A stretch of DNA of 64,000 nucleotides, taken from positions 61,386,638-61,450,637 of the forward strand of contig NC_068989.1 in NCBI RefSeq assembly GCF_001194135.2, in the 5' to 3' direction. Position 1 is the first letter of the stretch, and each line of letters begins with the position of its first letter. Shown one piece after another: positions 12,538 to 26,284 of the stretch. A program made the position numbers and the translations under genes. The notes under the pieces are model-generated. The model searched no databases. It saw only the letters and a list, made by a program, of their open reading frames with translations, and was not told the DNA's origin. Source of the stretch: Octopus bimaculoides. Its lineage: Eukaryota.

Positions 12538-15500
12538 TAGTACTCTCTTTCAATTTTGTTTCCATTTATCGTCAAGTTTCCTCCCAGCATCTAGGGGGAA
12601 GAAACGTACTGTATTCGTTGATAAGCCATTAAAAGACACACACCAGTGTGTTCCTTTGCAAAATCAATGTTATGAAAAGAAATTGTTTCCAAGGATGGTA
12701 ATCGATTTCACAGCGACAATGCTCTTCTCAGTACGTGAGACGTGTCAGCTAAAGCAATTTTGTGGGTAATGTTTACAGGTATGATAAGCAAGAGATCTTT
12801 CTCTAATAATTGTCTGTCTCTTCTTTATATCGTTCCTAGTGTCACTACAATAACTGGTATTTGAAACGCTTTAAAATGCTAAATTTCAATTTCAGTGACG
12901 AAATCTTCATAATGTCTGATCTTGTGAGACACTTGCCACAATTTTATGATACTCATATCAAACAATAAACATTATATTACTTAGGTCCTTCAGAACAATA
13001 TCCAGTTTATAAGCTTTCATGTTTGTATGTACAAGGAAATCCCAAAGATTTGTTACGTTTTCTTCCTCGGTTACAGCCTCAAGGCTGTCAACAATTATGA
13101 TTTTATAATGCCGATATATTTAAGCAGTATATGGGTTGGTCATCTCTGTCATTTGTTAATTTATACTCTACTGGCACTAAAACTTTACATCCAAAAATTA
13201 AGCTGTCCACTTGTTCATTCTCATTATTCAAAAGTTGGCAATTTGGCATTGCATATTATATAACAGATAACTAGCTATTCACCATATAAGTCGATTTAAG
13301 TAATGTCTTGTATGTATTAATAACTTCTCGAGCTATATTTTAGTGTATTTAGTTATATTCCATTGTGATTTGAGTCGTACATCCACTGATATTTACTTTG
13401 TCTTCTGTTCGCCGGATGTCATTAAAATAATGCCTAATATCTACAAACACAAACATCAAATATTTGACAAGTAACTAGCGTTGGTTACCAAGTTTATTAT
13501 TTACTTTCATAAACAACCTGAAAATGTGATATATTTCAAACATTTAATTCGGGTAAAGTTTATTCCTTTCACTAAATCATTAACCACCATTATTGCTCTT
13601 CAAAAAAAAAAAAAATCCAAAAAGCAACAGAACGAGGTTAGTTTTATGCACTATAACATGTTTTATAGAAATATTGCCTATTAAAACATTATAGCGCTTT
13701 AACTACATTTGAATTTAATCTATTTGGCGTTCACGTCTATATGGTTTTAGAGTTTTGTATTATTTACTTCTAAAAGATCTATATATTTTTGTTTCAGATT
13801 GTATTTTATGAAAGTTTTAAATATAGATTATGTGTCAAAGAGTGAATCCTGCAGGAAATTAAAATGGTATCGAATATCACGACGTTAATTGGAAAAAAAA
13901 AAGTCTAAATATATTCCAGTGGGTACAACTATTTAAAAATTAATTTTCATAGACGCTTGTATACTAGAAATTCTCATTAACTGGGAAGATAAGAGCAAAT
14001 ATTTACTGGTTTATTTCCTTACATTTCTGTGACCTGATTAAAGTATGCAGAAATTTCTTTTTTGTTTCTGATTCCTATAACTTGCACTCTCTAGTTTGTA
14101 CAATCATACTGTGAATAACCCTGTTATGTCGTTTAAAAAATATAGATAATGTTTATGTTCAAATATTTCATATTCAAGTGTACTAATTCACACCCTAGAC
14201 TTGAAACGTACTTAAAATGAAATTTTGAAAACCACTTTAACTATGTTTCCGTGTGCTTTCAGAAGATAATAATGTCATTCCATTCAATTTGGTCTATGTT
14301 TATATGTGCTGGGGGTTAGCAAGTGTACAAGTTAGTATGTTGATGCTGCTGCTGAGAGAGAACACGTTTTATAAAAACTAATGGAAAAATATTAAGGAAA
14401 TAGATTTTTTCAAATTTATATTGGAGTATTAATATTAATACTTTATTATTGATTTTTGGTGGGAAACAGATACTATTGAAAATATTAGAATATTTTACAG
14501 TGTAAAGTGACAAAGTCCTGACGGGAGTACTTTGCGATACGCTTTCTATTTAGGATCAGTGCTAATTCATGTAAATACAAATATTAATTTTGTCGATGAT
14601 GTCGAAAGGTGGTTTGAAGTTCCCCATCTCTTCTAAGTGACTAATCATTTACTACCTATAAGCTTCTTGTATTTTTTGACCCAAACAACTTTAAAATTGG
14701 TGCTTGGGTTCATCATCTTACAACTCTCCAGATGGAACAAATTTGAACGTCCGTGTGGACAGACGCCCTTTTGGGGTGTGTTTGTAAGCGCCTCGTTCTT
14801 TCCAGAGTACGCCTGTGTTTCTTAATTTTGACACCACAGATTATTTCTTTTGTTTTGTTATGTTTTTGAACTGCCACAGCTAATTACCTGATATATCAAT
14901 TTTTCATTAGGTAGTATAGAATTGCTTGCTCTGAAACCAGCTAGCTGCTGAAGTGATGGGGGAATCTACCTTATGATAGTGACATTAATTTCAAAGCGAT
15001 ACCACTTCGATTTAAAATCCCATTGAAAAACATGTGAGGTAAGATGTGTGACCTCTAGAAGTAGCAGTAAAATTAACTCTTCTCTTGATCTCTAAAGATT
15101 GCTATTTTTGTATTTTGTTCTACGTCCGGACAGAAAATGAACAGGTGAATCTTACACTTGAATTTCTAGATCCCCTCCATGAAATACAAGAATGATTGAT
15201 GCCTTAGAGCATCCTATTACATAATTCATGTACAACCCTCACTGCAAATTGCATATACCGTATAAAATATTGAATAACACATACCACACAGTATGTATTA
15301 CACGAAATTGTCAGTTAATAGTTTATAAAACAGTACATAATTCATGTGACCAACACCTAAGGAAAAAAAATGATTGCATTATTTAAAACTTAGACTAATC
15401 TGTATATATTGAAATATAAAGGAAATACTGACATTAGTTTTGATTAACAATATGTATTAATGAGAGTTTTCTCGGAGTGGAGGGAAGTGTTCTCGTATCA

Positions 15501-16061
15501 AAAAATAGTGAGAAGGAAAAAGCAATCCTGTAACCAAAATCCACAGGGATAAATGACATAAAATCTAGTGTTCAACTCGCTATTTTAACTTCTACACATT
15601 CCTGCAACCGATAGAAATTAAATGGATATATCAACATCTTGCCTCATATCCCTATAGTAACCCATCATATATTTACCACAACACCTTGAAGAATTTTGAT
15701 TAATTGAAATTATCCGTATAATAGAGAAAAAATATTTCTCTAGGAATGTTTATAAAATGTCTAAAACTCATAAAACAATCGGTATTATAGGAAAATGCAT
15801 TGAAATTCGCTAACTCTGCCTTATGGAAAATAAGGACGTTTAGGAAGTATATCATTTTTAGGTGTTGTGACATCGATCAGAATACATCTGAGGTGTATTC
15901 TATTTCATAGAGGTGTATTCTATGATATATGTGTATTCTATTTCATAGACACATTTATAAAGCGCTCTGCAGTTGCTATCAAATGACACATCAACTACGA
16001 ATTAACTGCTCCTTTATTTTTCCAAAAGACTGGATTAACTAATTATATTGACTTTAGTGAA

Positions 16062-16400
16062 GGCGCATGGCTCGGTGGTTAGAATGTCAGACTCAAAATC
16101 TTGAGGTAGTGAGTTCGATTCTCGGACCGGACTGTGTGTTCTGTTCTTGAGCAAGACACATTATTTCACAGTGTTCCAGTTCACACAGCTGTAGAAATGA
16201 GTTGCGACGTCACTGGTGCCAAGCTGTATCGGCCCTTGGCTTTCCCGTGGATAACATCAGTGAGGTGGAGAGGGAAGGCTGGTGTGCATGGGAGACTGCT
16301 TGTCTTTCATAAACAATCTTGCTCGGACTTATGCCTCGGAGGGTAACTTTATATGTGCAATCCCATGATCATTCATGACCGAAGGGGGTTTTTACCCTTT
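16062..16400 (+). mobile_element. tRNA-derived SINE
   Basis: A box TGGCTCGGTGG and B box GAGTTCGATTC. The central block TTCTTGAGCAAGACAC..CCAGTTCAC is shared with the copy at 46331. Confidence 0.8.
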
Positions 16401-17883
16401 ACTCTTTGTTTACTTTACTACATGCTTTCCTTTTCAATTTTATAAATACATGGAGAATTATGTCTTAATTGCAAAGATGATAGAATAATAGAATTACATT
16501 GAAGTATTACAGTACATGTAGCAAACATGTAAATATCTACGTTATGTGTATTACCAAAAGCGCAATCATATTCAGCTCTGCAATTTCCTAAATATATATT
16601 CTGTTTAGGAATATATATATAAATGTATACTTCTAAATATGTATCATTGTCTGTTATACCACACTAAGCCGAATATACATACCCGAGGGAAACTTATATT
16701 AAGAAAATGTATGTGTTGATTTCACTGCTGATTCGGAAGAGAAGCTGTAACACCAACTGCATTGTTTTTACTTTTTAAAACTCATCTTAAATTTGAAAGC
16801 TAATTTTATTAATTCTATTTTACCTGTTTGTTTTATTTAGATTTTTAATACTTCAAGACGGGATTTTTGTCATCTGATAGCAAGAATAGTGTGATTTAAT
16901 CTAAAAATGTTCAACTTCTTTATTATATACGTGAGACTCGCCAGCAGACTATTTGTATGCGACTTAACACTTCCAGTGTAGTAGACATAATTAATAGACA
17001 AATTGAATAACCTCTGCTTAACAGGAAAATATAAAAATAGAAACACTAATCGGAAAGTAATACAGCGCAATACAGCTGCAGGAGATTAAACATAAACTGG
17101 AAAAAAGTTGTAGTGAGAGTGAGTAATGTAAACACAGTGCAGACAACTTCATGCCTGACACTATCAAGGGATAGCAATATAGATGATCGGTTGGTGGCAA
17201 AACAAATCGCTGAATGCAATGAGTTAGAACACATTAGAAAAGAAATTCAACAAATATTTAAAGAGTAAGTTATACAAATTCAAAACAATGGAAAATATCC
17301 TAAGTATAAAAACAGCGTTATTCACACAAATGAACACTGTATAGAAATAATTGCGAAATTAATATCATATAGATGTAATGGCTTAAAACAAAATGTACTC
17401 CATTTAATGTTTAACAACCAGGTTTTCTAGGAATAATAGAGAATGCTTGAAAAACTAAAAATGCATTTGAAAAATAGTTTTAAAAGGTGATAATTACTAA
17501 GAAAACCTATATAGGTAAAAGATGTAAGAGTTTAATTAGAGAGAAATATACCACCCAGAATGAAATTAGGGGTGAATAACTCACTTTCCTGTAGGGAAGT
17601 GACGTATGAAGTGAAAAACGCGAGGCCAGCATGATTTAAGATAAAAGAAATATTAATTACACGGGATGCTACCTCCGATGAAGTGAATGTTCTATCAGAA
17701 AAAGATTACCGCGGAAGTTACCATACAATAAACTCTTGTGTTGGCTTTTTGGTGAAGCGATATATAGATTGATAGTGCAAGAACAGTTAAAGAGCAAACT
17801 AGCTACTCGCAACACGGGCGCCTATTCTGGCACTGCTAATCCCTGGCAGGGGGATAAATCGCTGGTGTCTCTAGTGGTTGAAT

Positions 17884-17934
17884 GTCCGTCGTTGATAAGA
17901 CCAAACAAGGTCGAAATCACGTGGTCTGGTGGAC
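17884..17934 (+). ncRNA. Type I hammerhead-ribozyme-like motif, decayed (copy 1 of a tandem pair)
   Basis: Stem I GTCCGTCG/TGGTGGAC; core TTGATAA (vs CTGATGA); stem II GACC-AAACAA-GGTC; GAAA; near-palindromic stem III ATCACGTGGT; cleavage-site C. Confidence 0.6.
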
Positions 17935-18145
17935 ACTTTGCTGGAGGTAGCGAGAATTTATCTCCCTGCTAGCGACATGAACAACAGTGCATTTTGCAAT
18001 AAAAAGTCAATACAAGAGCTCTTCTCAAGGGTTAATTCGCAATAAATTCCCCCCTAATAAAACATTCACGTTTAAGTGTGGGTAACTATTACCTGTTTGT
18101 ATTAATACTGTGTCGGCTTATATATATATATGCGTGTGCGTGTGT

Positions 18146-18183
<38 letters not shown>

Positions 18184-18328
18184 GCGGGCGGGCGTGTGGA
18201 TGTGGGTGTGTGTGGGTGGGTGTTTAACAAGCTAACTGGATAATCGTGACACCTGTGCATATACTGATACTGTGAATCTACATAATGCTGGTGGGAGGAT
18301 GAACCACTGCTGTCTCTAGTAGTCGAGT

Positions 18329-18377
18329 GTCCATCATTGACAAGACCATTCAAGGTCGATATCACGTGATTTGGTGG
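18329..18377 (+). ncRNA. Type I hammerhead-ribozyme-like motif, decayed (copy 2)
   Basis: GTCCATCA-TTGACAA-GACC-ATTCAA-GGTC-GATA-TCACGTGA-TT-TGGTGG. Homologous to copy 1, with core substitutions. Confidence 0.55.
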
Positions 18378-19039
18378 TGTCAGGTAAGGTACGTATAATA
18401 CAGTTGTAGATTTGGAGGCAATAAAGAGTTTTCATCAGTCCTAACTCAGAGCAACACATGAATAACCCCGCTGATACTTGAACTCTAACATAAAACCAAG
18501 CCAAAAGTGAACGACGCCACGGCTCGCTGTACGATAACAATCGTTTTCTTCGTCCCAATTGCTATAAAACCATAATACATACTTATAGCAAACAATTTCT
18601 GAACCCATATTCTCACCCTTTTGAATAAAATGTGCATACCATTTCACAGAATCTTTTCAATTTGGAACAGAGTTCCTTTCATGTAACAGAAGTGATTGGT
18701 TCGAATTGAACTTTTGAGTATGGAGGAAAGACATTCTGGCACTTTAGCAATGCATGAGAACGTTACTTTTCTTTTCTCTCGCAACAAATTGCTAGCTTCT
18801 GTGAAAGAAATACAAGTTTAAGGATATAATTCTGCAATGCATTTGCTCATTTCGTAAACCTAGTCGATTTTATTTCAAGGTAGGCTTCTCAATATTCGAT
18901 TATAAATTGCATTCGAAATGCTATCTTTTGAAGATGTTTAAATGTCAGTTTAAGTTTACTGAAGTTACATGCGTTGTCTACTGTTTTCCATCGTAATGTT
19001 CATTTCTTTTCAATTTTTACAATCAGAAAATATCTAATT

Positions 19040-19280
19040 TATGAGGATCGGCTGAAAAGTTCATAGACTGAGCAAGATACTCCCAGGGAATGTGATCAAA
19101 TAACGTTCTTTCGTCAACATAGTCACCCTTGCGGTTCACACAATTCTTTCATCAATGTTGCAGCGCTGGGATCACTTGGTGAGGAACTGTTGGTTAAAAG
19201 AAACACGATCAATATCAGATATGATGCCAACATCATCTCGATACTGGTTCCCAGCCGAAAGATATTTCATAATGGGAAAC
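19040..19280 (-). mobile_element. Mariner-type DNA transposon 3' end (TIR plus transposase C-terminus)
   Basis: TIR-like TATGAGGATCGGCTGAAAAGTTC. The minus strand reads ALQH**KNCVNRKGDYVD, matching the mariner C-terminal motif (RWxKCxxxxGDYVE). Confidence 0.7.
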
Positions 19281-19427
19281 GCATATAAAGATTTGAAATA
19301 AGAATGTTAAGAGCCAGGAAAATGCTGCGAGTAATTTTCCCCGATAAACTAACGACTCTACTTGTCTATAATAATGCAAGAGGAAAGGCAGAAAGAAAGA
19401 AGAAAAAAACAGAACGTGTAAGAGGGT

Positions 19428-19446
19428 GAGAGAGAGAGAGGGAGAT

Positions 19447-19497
<51 letters not shown>

Positions 19498-19508
19498 GAG
19501 AGAGATAG
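19428..19508. repeat. (AG)n microsatellite
   Basis: Seen directly. Confidence 0.95.
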
Positions 19509-19934
19509 AGTTAGATAGAAATAGAGTGGGAGATCATTAGTCCCGGCTCGAGACGAAACCCATTACTATCTCATTGAAAAATGTATTAGAAACATAGACA
19601 TAGATCTGGCTCACGTTATCGATTGGCCTTGTGACAATGTCATCAACTCTTCAGTTTCTTAAGAAATAATATGACTTACAGGGTGTTCATTACGCAGTCT
19701 TATCATCGTTGATATAACAGTTACATGAAAGACTGTTACCTGCTTAACTAGCCAGAAGGAGTTAAGATGGAACGTGTTCAGAATACTTTAAAAAATCTTC
19801 TTATCCTAGACTATGCCAAACCCAAGGCCTTATTCTTTGTAAGTGATGTGGTGTTGGGTCAAGTGATGTGGTGTTGGGTGGAGTACAAACACTGACACAC
19901 AAACATACACACACACACATATATATACATATAC

Positions 19935-20092
19935 ACGACGGGCTTCTTTCAGTTTTCGTCTACCAAATCCACTCACCAGGCTTTGGTCAGCCCGAGGCTA
20001 TAGTAGAAGACACTTGTCCAAGGTACCACGCAGGGGGACTGAACCGTGAACCATTTAATTCGTAAGCAGGCCACTTACCACACTGCCACTCC
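19935..20092 (-). mobile_element. tRNA-derived SINE with a CORE-like central block
   Basis: Minus strand: GGAGTGGCAGTGTGGTAAG (A box), GGTTCAGTCCC (B box), then ACCTTGGACAAGTGTCTTCTACTATAGCC. Confidence 0.8.
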
Positions 20093-20119
20093 AACACCTA
20101 TATATATATATATATATAT

Positions 20120-20960
20120 AGTTGAAATTTATAGAAAAACAAAAAACGAAGACAGATGTATGAACAACAAGAAGGTGTATTAGTTTGACGCTCGGGAAGG
20201 TGAGAAAGTATTTTACGATTCGAGCCTACACTCTTCAACAGAAAATAACACGATGAAGTAAACAAAGATATTAAACAAACTTTTGGAGTTGCCGGTCAAT
20301 CATGGCGACTGATTGGACAAAGGTAATTTGACAAGAGAGCTAGGAAGAAGGGGAGATTGCAAAACGAGGTTGCGCATACGAATGTCTATGTAGGATTGTG
20401 TGTGCACGTGTGGACAGGAGCTGGTGACTTTGACGTGTGGATGTGTGCGTGAGTAAGTGCGTGCGTCTGTAGTGCGGGTGTGTGGATGTGTGCGTGAGTA
20501 AGTGTGTGTGTCTGTAGTGTGGGTGTGTGGATGATGGTGTGCGTGCTAGGAAGCTGGAGGGTGGTGGGGTGTGGGTTTGGTTTGAGGAGGTGGTGATGAA
20601 GATGTAGGGGTGTGGTATGTGTGAGTGGGATGTGTGGGGGTGGGATGTGGATGGATTAGAGTATCAATGAGGGGAGAAGGTGGGAGTAGAGTGTCCAATT
20701 GATCTGCTACAAAAGTTGATTGTAAGCATGGAATCACGTGTTTTCGGAGCAAATCAGAAATGTTTTTGTCAAACACGCTTTTGTTGATGCATTGCATGAG
20801 AACATAGTTGAAATATACCACATTTTCTCTGTTTCGCATCACTTTTGCTACCTTATTCAACTTGGCGTTATAGTTTCCAACAGGGCATTTATGGTTCTGT
20901 ATATTTTTCTGTATTATCAAATTTATTTTTGGATTTCAATAAATTTGAATATTGCAATGC
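20120..20960 (-). mobile_element. Unclassified interspersed repeat, possibly PLE-derived, with a terminal HHR-like motif
   Basis: A coding-like 5' part (ORF 20546-20920) is followed by a CA-rich stretch and an HHR-like hairpin at 20209-20247, ending in (TA)n. The family assignment is inference only. Confidence 0.4.
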
Positions 20961-21187
20961 CTTCTATTTCATTTCCTATCAAGAGGTGAGTCTCATGAAT
21001 TTGGGTAGTATAATTTGCCAGGAGAAAAAAAGACACTGCACTGGCTCTACAGTTTTGAAGAACAATTTACACACACACATACACAAATATATATTTATAT
21101 ACATATAAATATATATATATATCTGTGTGTGTGCGTGTATGTGTGTCTGTTTATGCGTGCGCATGTGATTGTATATATGCGTATACA

Positions 21188-21228
<41 letters not shown>

Positions 21229-21669
21229 CTTCATCATATTGATGTAGAAAGCAAACTACAGTTAGTATGATCTTGTAAGTTAACTTCCAAGCACATTGCT
21301 TCTCATTCTATGGATGCAACCATGCCGTGGCAGAACTACATAGATAATAATTACTCTATTTAGATTTAAAACCATTATATGTCAATCAATACTTCGTTTC
21401 CTGAACTTTGGTGGAACTCTAGAATGATAATAGCTTTTAAAAATACCAAGAATATTTTTTCTCAAATGTCATGCTTGTGTCTCGCAAATAACGCATGTGA
21501 AAAGCTAATCCTTCATGCATAGTTGAGAGGCAAATAAGAGTAAGATTATCACTACTGTATTATCCTTACACGAAAGGTTGCATTATGAACATTTCACTGG
21601 GCATGAAAACACTGATCCTTATCCTCATAAAACACAAAGAATGCAAAATAACCAGTAGTCATTGGTACA

Positions 21670-21800
21670 CAGTCTTAGCAGAAGACATGGTATGGTCATG
21701 TCTGGAAAGCTAGTCTTCTGGATACTCAGTGAAATAATGGATCTGCCACCATCTGAGAGATGTCATCACGGCGAAAACAAGGACAACGTGAAAACAGTAA
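21670..21800 (+). mobile_element. Possible RTE-like LINE 3' fragment
   Basis: TGGTATGGTCATGTC reads WYGHV, followed by a GRPRK-like stretch. Very decayed. Confidence 0.3.
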
Positions 21801-24800
21801 TGATTAATTTGCCCATATACAGACGTATAATGCAAGCACTAACACGTTTACCTGTGTGTTTTAAAAACTAATTTTCTCTACATTACGTGGTACAAGTGAA
21901 ATAAGAAGATGCCGTATGCGCTCTAGTCTTAAACTATATATAGCATGACGCATGCAAGTTAATCACTCTTTATGTTGCTAAATATCTTTATAAACAATGA
22001 CAGACGTAGTATTTGAAGGTGGATGTGAATAGAACGTCTATATTTAAGATAGCTTGTTTAACTCCTATCACAATTCTTCAACGGTCAATTAAACAGCGAT
22101 ATATGAGCAAACAAAAACAAAAAGTTTGTCAATTCCAACATTACAAGTAGCCTGTATTACATATCGATACTGAAACTAGTGTAAATAACATGAGTCAGCA
22201 TGTGTAGTATATGTTCTGGTTGCAGAGATGATACTACAATTGTCTGATTATGTTAAATGTCATTAGGAAATATCGATGTTTGAAATAATAATGTAAAATT
22301 GTGATTCTTTTATTTGATTACATATATTTTGTGCAATAAAGAGCAAACGTTATTCACTTTGAAGATATTTAGTATAATTGGTAATAGTCCATTGATGACG
22401 GAATGCTGTGTTTACTAGTTCACATAAAAAAGCAGAGATGAAACAATTATAGATGGTTGTGTAATTCGATACCAATTCATAAATTCATGATTAATTTATA
22501 TAACGAAGATGAAAATAAATTATATTGCACAGTGATGAAAGCCCTCGGGTTTTACAGACGCAATATTCTTTAATTTATCTTAACAATTATTCAAAATAGA
22601 ATATGAATTATATGTGACTGATTGAATCAATTCTACTCCCTGCTAAAACAATGTGATTCATTGATGTAATGCAATCACTAATAGTACCCAACCTGGGGTG
22701 GGTGGGGTGTAAGCAACCTTTCATTTCTGGGGACCGATATAAAGAACCTATATATATATTACATATACAGTATACATCATTTCTTCAGATTTGCATTTTA
22801 ACCCGAAGGTTTGCCTCATTAATCCAGTTACACTCAGTGTATAGTTTCTGTACCTATATGCCCAAAAAAGAAGAAGAAAAGAACAAACAAACAAAAAGAA
22901 GGCCTCAGTTTTACATTTCACATAAACTATTACTAATATTTCGGTTGCGATTTGTCACACTTGAATATAGGCATTTTACAAAGTGATTCGAAATAAACGA
23001 TACTTGTTGTATTCCTCCAAACGTTTTCAGTAGGTGTAAATCTGGCTTGTGTGTTGGAAATCACTTTTATTTGACGAAAGCCAATGCCGTTTACCTGTAT
23101 TGTTTGTATAGATTATCCATTTCTTATCACATGTTTCAACTCGATTAAGGAAAGTTATTTGTTCATTCCTAATTAGCAAATTGTTGAGTTCTCTGCTTTA
23201 TACTCGGGAGATAGCACATGAGATATACACTTATTATTCCAATCTATCTGGGCTGATCTTACACAGTGGGTAAAGATTTATTTAATCAGCAGAAAGGTCC
23301 CGGATAGTTCGATGCGAATCCCCTTCAATTACTGTTTACTTTTTACTTCGCCAAACAGTTTGCTTGGAAATAGAACATTACTTTTCGGTATCACGGTTAT
23401 TATCTGAACACATGACATGAGATAACTTGAGTATAATTATTTTAATATCACCTTCGGCCGAGAATGGGTAGTCGGGGCCTCTACAGATGCCCACATGTGG
23501 ATTCTACTTGTTGCTACAAATACAAATTTGATGTGAGTTACGTTAATTTTACGCCTCTATATAGAACGCTCAGTTACGTATCTGCTAATTTTATGAACAG
23601 ATAATTGTCTAGATCGATCATCATTTAAACGTACTGTAATGAGTCTAGTAGTTACATGCATACTTACGTATGTACACACGCACAAGTGCTTATAAATACA
23701 CACACGTACACACACACGTGTGTGACAGTGTCTGCAATTTATTAGTTTATCTGACGAAACATATTTCCAGTATATAGGCAGACCCTTTAATACAAAAAAT
23801 TATCGCATATGATTTTTCATTTTAATAATCTCTAAATTGACAAATGGAGGCAAAATCGTTTGTGATTAAATAACGAAGCTTAAATATACACCACATAATA
23901 TGGAAATTATTTCTTGGTTTATGGATTGATATGAAGGCATACGTATAATTGGAAATATAATCAATGTTTTCATTTCTCTTTGTGTCAAATACTGAACTGA
24001 AATTCAATATTTCTCATTCTATTCTTTATGCGTAATGATAGCAATGTTTTAATAAACAGGAAACATTGTCTACAGTGATAAAAATATGGCTGTATAAAGA
24101 TGAATTGATAGAGGTTATTTTGTTTATTGAATACATTTAAGCATTTTGTTTGTCTATAAAACCCTGTGCATCAATATAATATCAATAAAAGTACTTGTAT
24201 ATCAATATATATTTGCTGTATTACCTGTTAAATGATTACAGTGTGTAGAGCAGGTGTATACTGGATTATGATGACGGTAATAAAACATAAAGTATCTTGG
24301 TTACCTGAACTTGTTACACAAGGTGTATACTTAATCTTAACCGTGGTAATAAACTATGAGTATCGTATTCGACTTAACTTGTTACATCACGTGAAATGTC
24401 AGATTGCCTTCCTGCTGTAGAAAGTTTAAAGATACTTGCGCTATCATAGATTTTCTAAAAGAAATGAAAGAAATATAACACAAGAATTTATTTATCTCTT
24501 AACGTACAAATTCAAAGGTTTCGTTTTTCAGTTATGTGCATAAACCTAATCAAGAAATGAAACGTCGTTATGGTTTTCGCTATGTCAGGGAAAATGTGCA
24601 GTGTATGCGACTATTATTTGATCTAAGTATAAACTTAATGAGGAGTAACAAAAATCAAGCAATGACACACGATGTTTCTGTGACAAGATCGTCATAAGTT
24701 ATAAATGTGTTAGCGATAAAGATAGTGACCTTAGAGATCTCACAAAGTATCGCTGTTTCCCTGCAGGGAATGAGTTTGTCGTTTTATTACTGATTCTAAA

Positions 24801-25139
24801 CTGTATTAAAGGCAATGGGAGAGATACTTATCAAGTGTCAGACTATGAAATTTGAATCCGAATACGATATAGATAATTGTGCAACGCTTAATGAATTATC
24901 CATATAATTCTTTTATTAGCAATGATGCTAATGCGGATTCTATACATTAAGTGTGATATTTATAAAGTTATATTGTCGTAGGTAATAAAATAAAGGAAAA
25001 GATCTCCCTGGGTTACTGTAATTCTAATTTTTTAACAATTCAAAGAATAAACACATTTTCATTTCTTTGATAGCTATGAATACATGAACATTTAGCATAA
25101 GATGTGCGTCTGTCGTTTACTGGAAAACAATTATAGATT

Positions 25140-26037
25140 TCGACAAAGCTCTTACCCATCAATGTATCTTCTGGATTAAAATCAGAAGCACAAGTGTTTA
25201 TCATAGCTGCCCATGACCATTACCTACCTACAAGAAACTACCAGGCCAACATATTAAAGAACAGCACTAGCCCAACGTGTCAGGTTTGTAAACAACAAGA
25301 TGAAACCATCGATCATGTCTTCCTGTGCAGTCTTCCTGGGCCTACAGAGTATTTGAACAAGCATGATATAGTAGCACAATATATTCACTGGGCAATTTGC
25401 AGTGACCTATCTCATGATAAAAACTGGTGGGTACACAAACCACTCCAGTGTTTGGAAATCATCACATCTCACTCCTCTAGAACTTCACCGTTCAAACTGA
25501 CAGACAGATAGATGCGAATAGGCTACACATTATATTGAAAGACTTCCGACAAATATGCTTCCTCACTGATATGACTATCCCAATCGACATAAATGTATCT
25601 GTCAAGACCTACCAAAAACTGAGAAAGTATAAAGTTCTTGAAATAGAAATTGGCAAAATGTGGAACCTGGAGACTAAAACAATACCTGTTGTCTTAGGTG
25701 TCCTAGGAATGATAGCAAAGGAGCTGATTTCCAACTAGCTCAGATACCAGGAAATCCCAAAATGGCAGAAATTCAAAAGTTAATACTCATGGGAACTGCT
25801 ATTATCCTACGTAATATATTGTCTATGTATTCTCAAATTTTAAAGCAAACTTATAATTTTCTTATGTTTTCTTAAACATTCTCTAGATCAATACTATGTG
25901 CAAAAATAAACATATGACACCGTAGGCATAACACCAGGTTGAACCTCTAACTTGTCTCTTCAGGTTTCTGGGTGAGATTTGTAGTCAACTTGTACAAATA
26001 CAAAGGATAAGTCAAACATATAGTAATAATAATAATT
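25140..26037 (+). mobile_element. R4/Dong-type LINE 3' end (CCHC finger, RLE endonuclease, 3' UTR and AAT tail)
   Basis: CQVCKQQDETIDHV (CCHC), HDIVAQYIHWAIC, and DMTIPIDINVSVKTYQKLRKYKVLEIEIGKMW..IPVVLGVLGMI (PD-D-type RLE). Ends in AAT repeats. Confidence 0.88.
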
Positions 26038-26117
26038 TTAACTCTATATCTTCAGGAGGAGTTACCTCAATCCTTTCTATATTGATCAAAATGAAGTAGA
26101 TTGACACATTTATTTTT

Positions 26118-26158
26118 TGAACCAATTGAAGAAACGCGAGATGTCGAAATATTGTTCA
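26118..26158 (+). ncRNA. Degenerate minimal HHR-like motif
   Basis: TGAACCAA-TTGAAGA-A-ACGCGAGATGTC-GAAATAT-TGTTCA. Weak stem II and C3->T change. Shares GAAATAT with the motif 130 nt downstream. Confidence 0.3.
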
Positions 26159-26248
26159 CAAGATAACAAATGGCACTCTTCTTTTAATTTTGATTTTGAT
26201 TTAATAACAATAATAATAATAATTTATAACAGAGACTCCAGCAAATAA

Positions 26249-26284
26249 GATCTGAAGAAGGAATTCTAATTCCGAAATATCATC
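26249..26284 (+). ncRNA. Minimal type I hammerhead ribozyme motif with intact core
   Basis: GAT-CTGAAGA-A-GGAAT(TCTA)ATTCC-GAAA-TAT-C-ATC. All conserved core residues are present. Stem II is 5 bp, stem III is the palindrome ATAT, the cleavage triplet is AUC, and stem I is only 3 bp. Confidence 0.6.
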
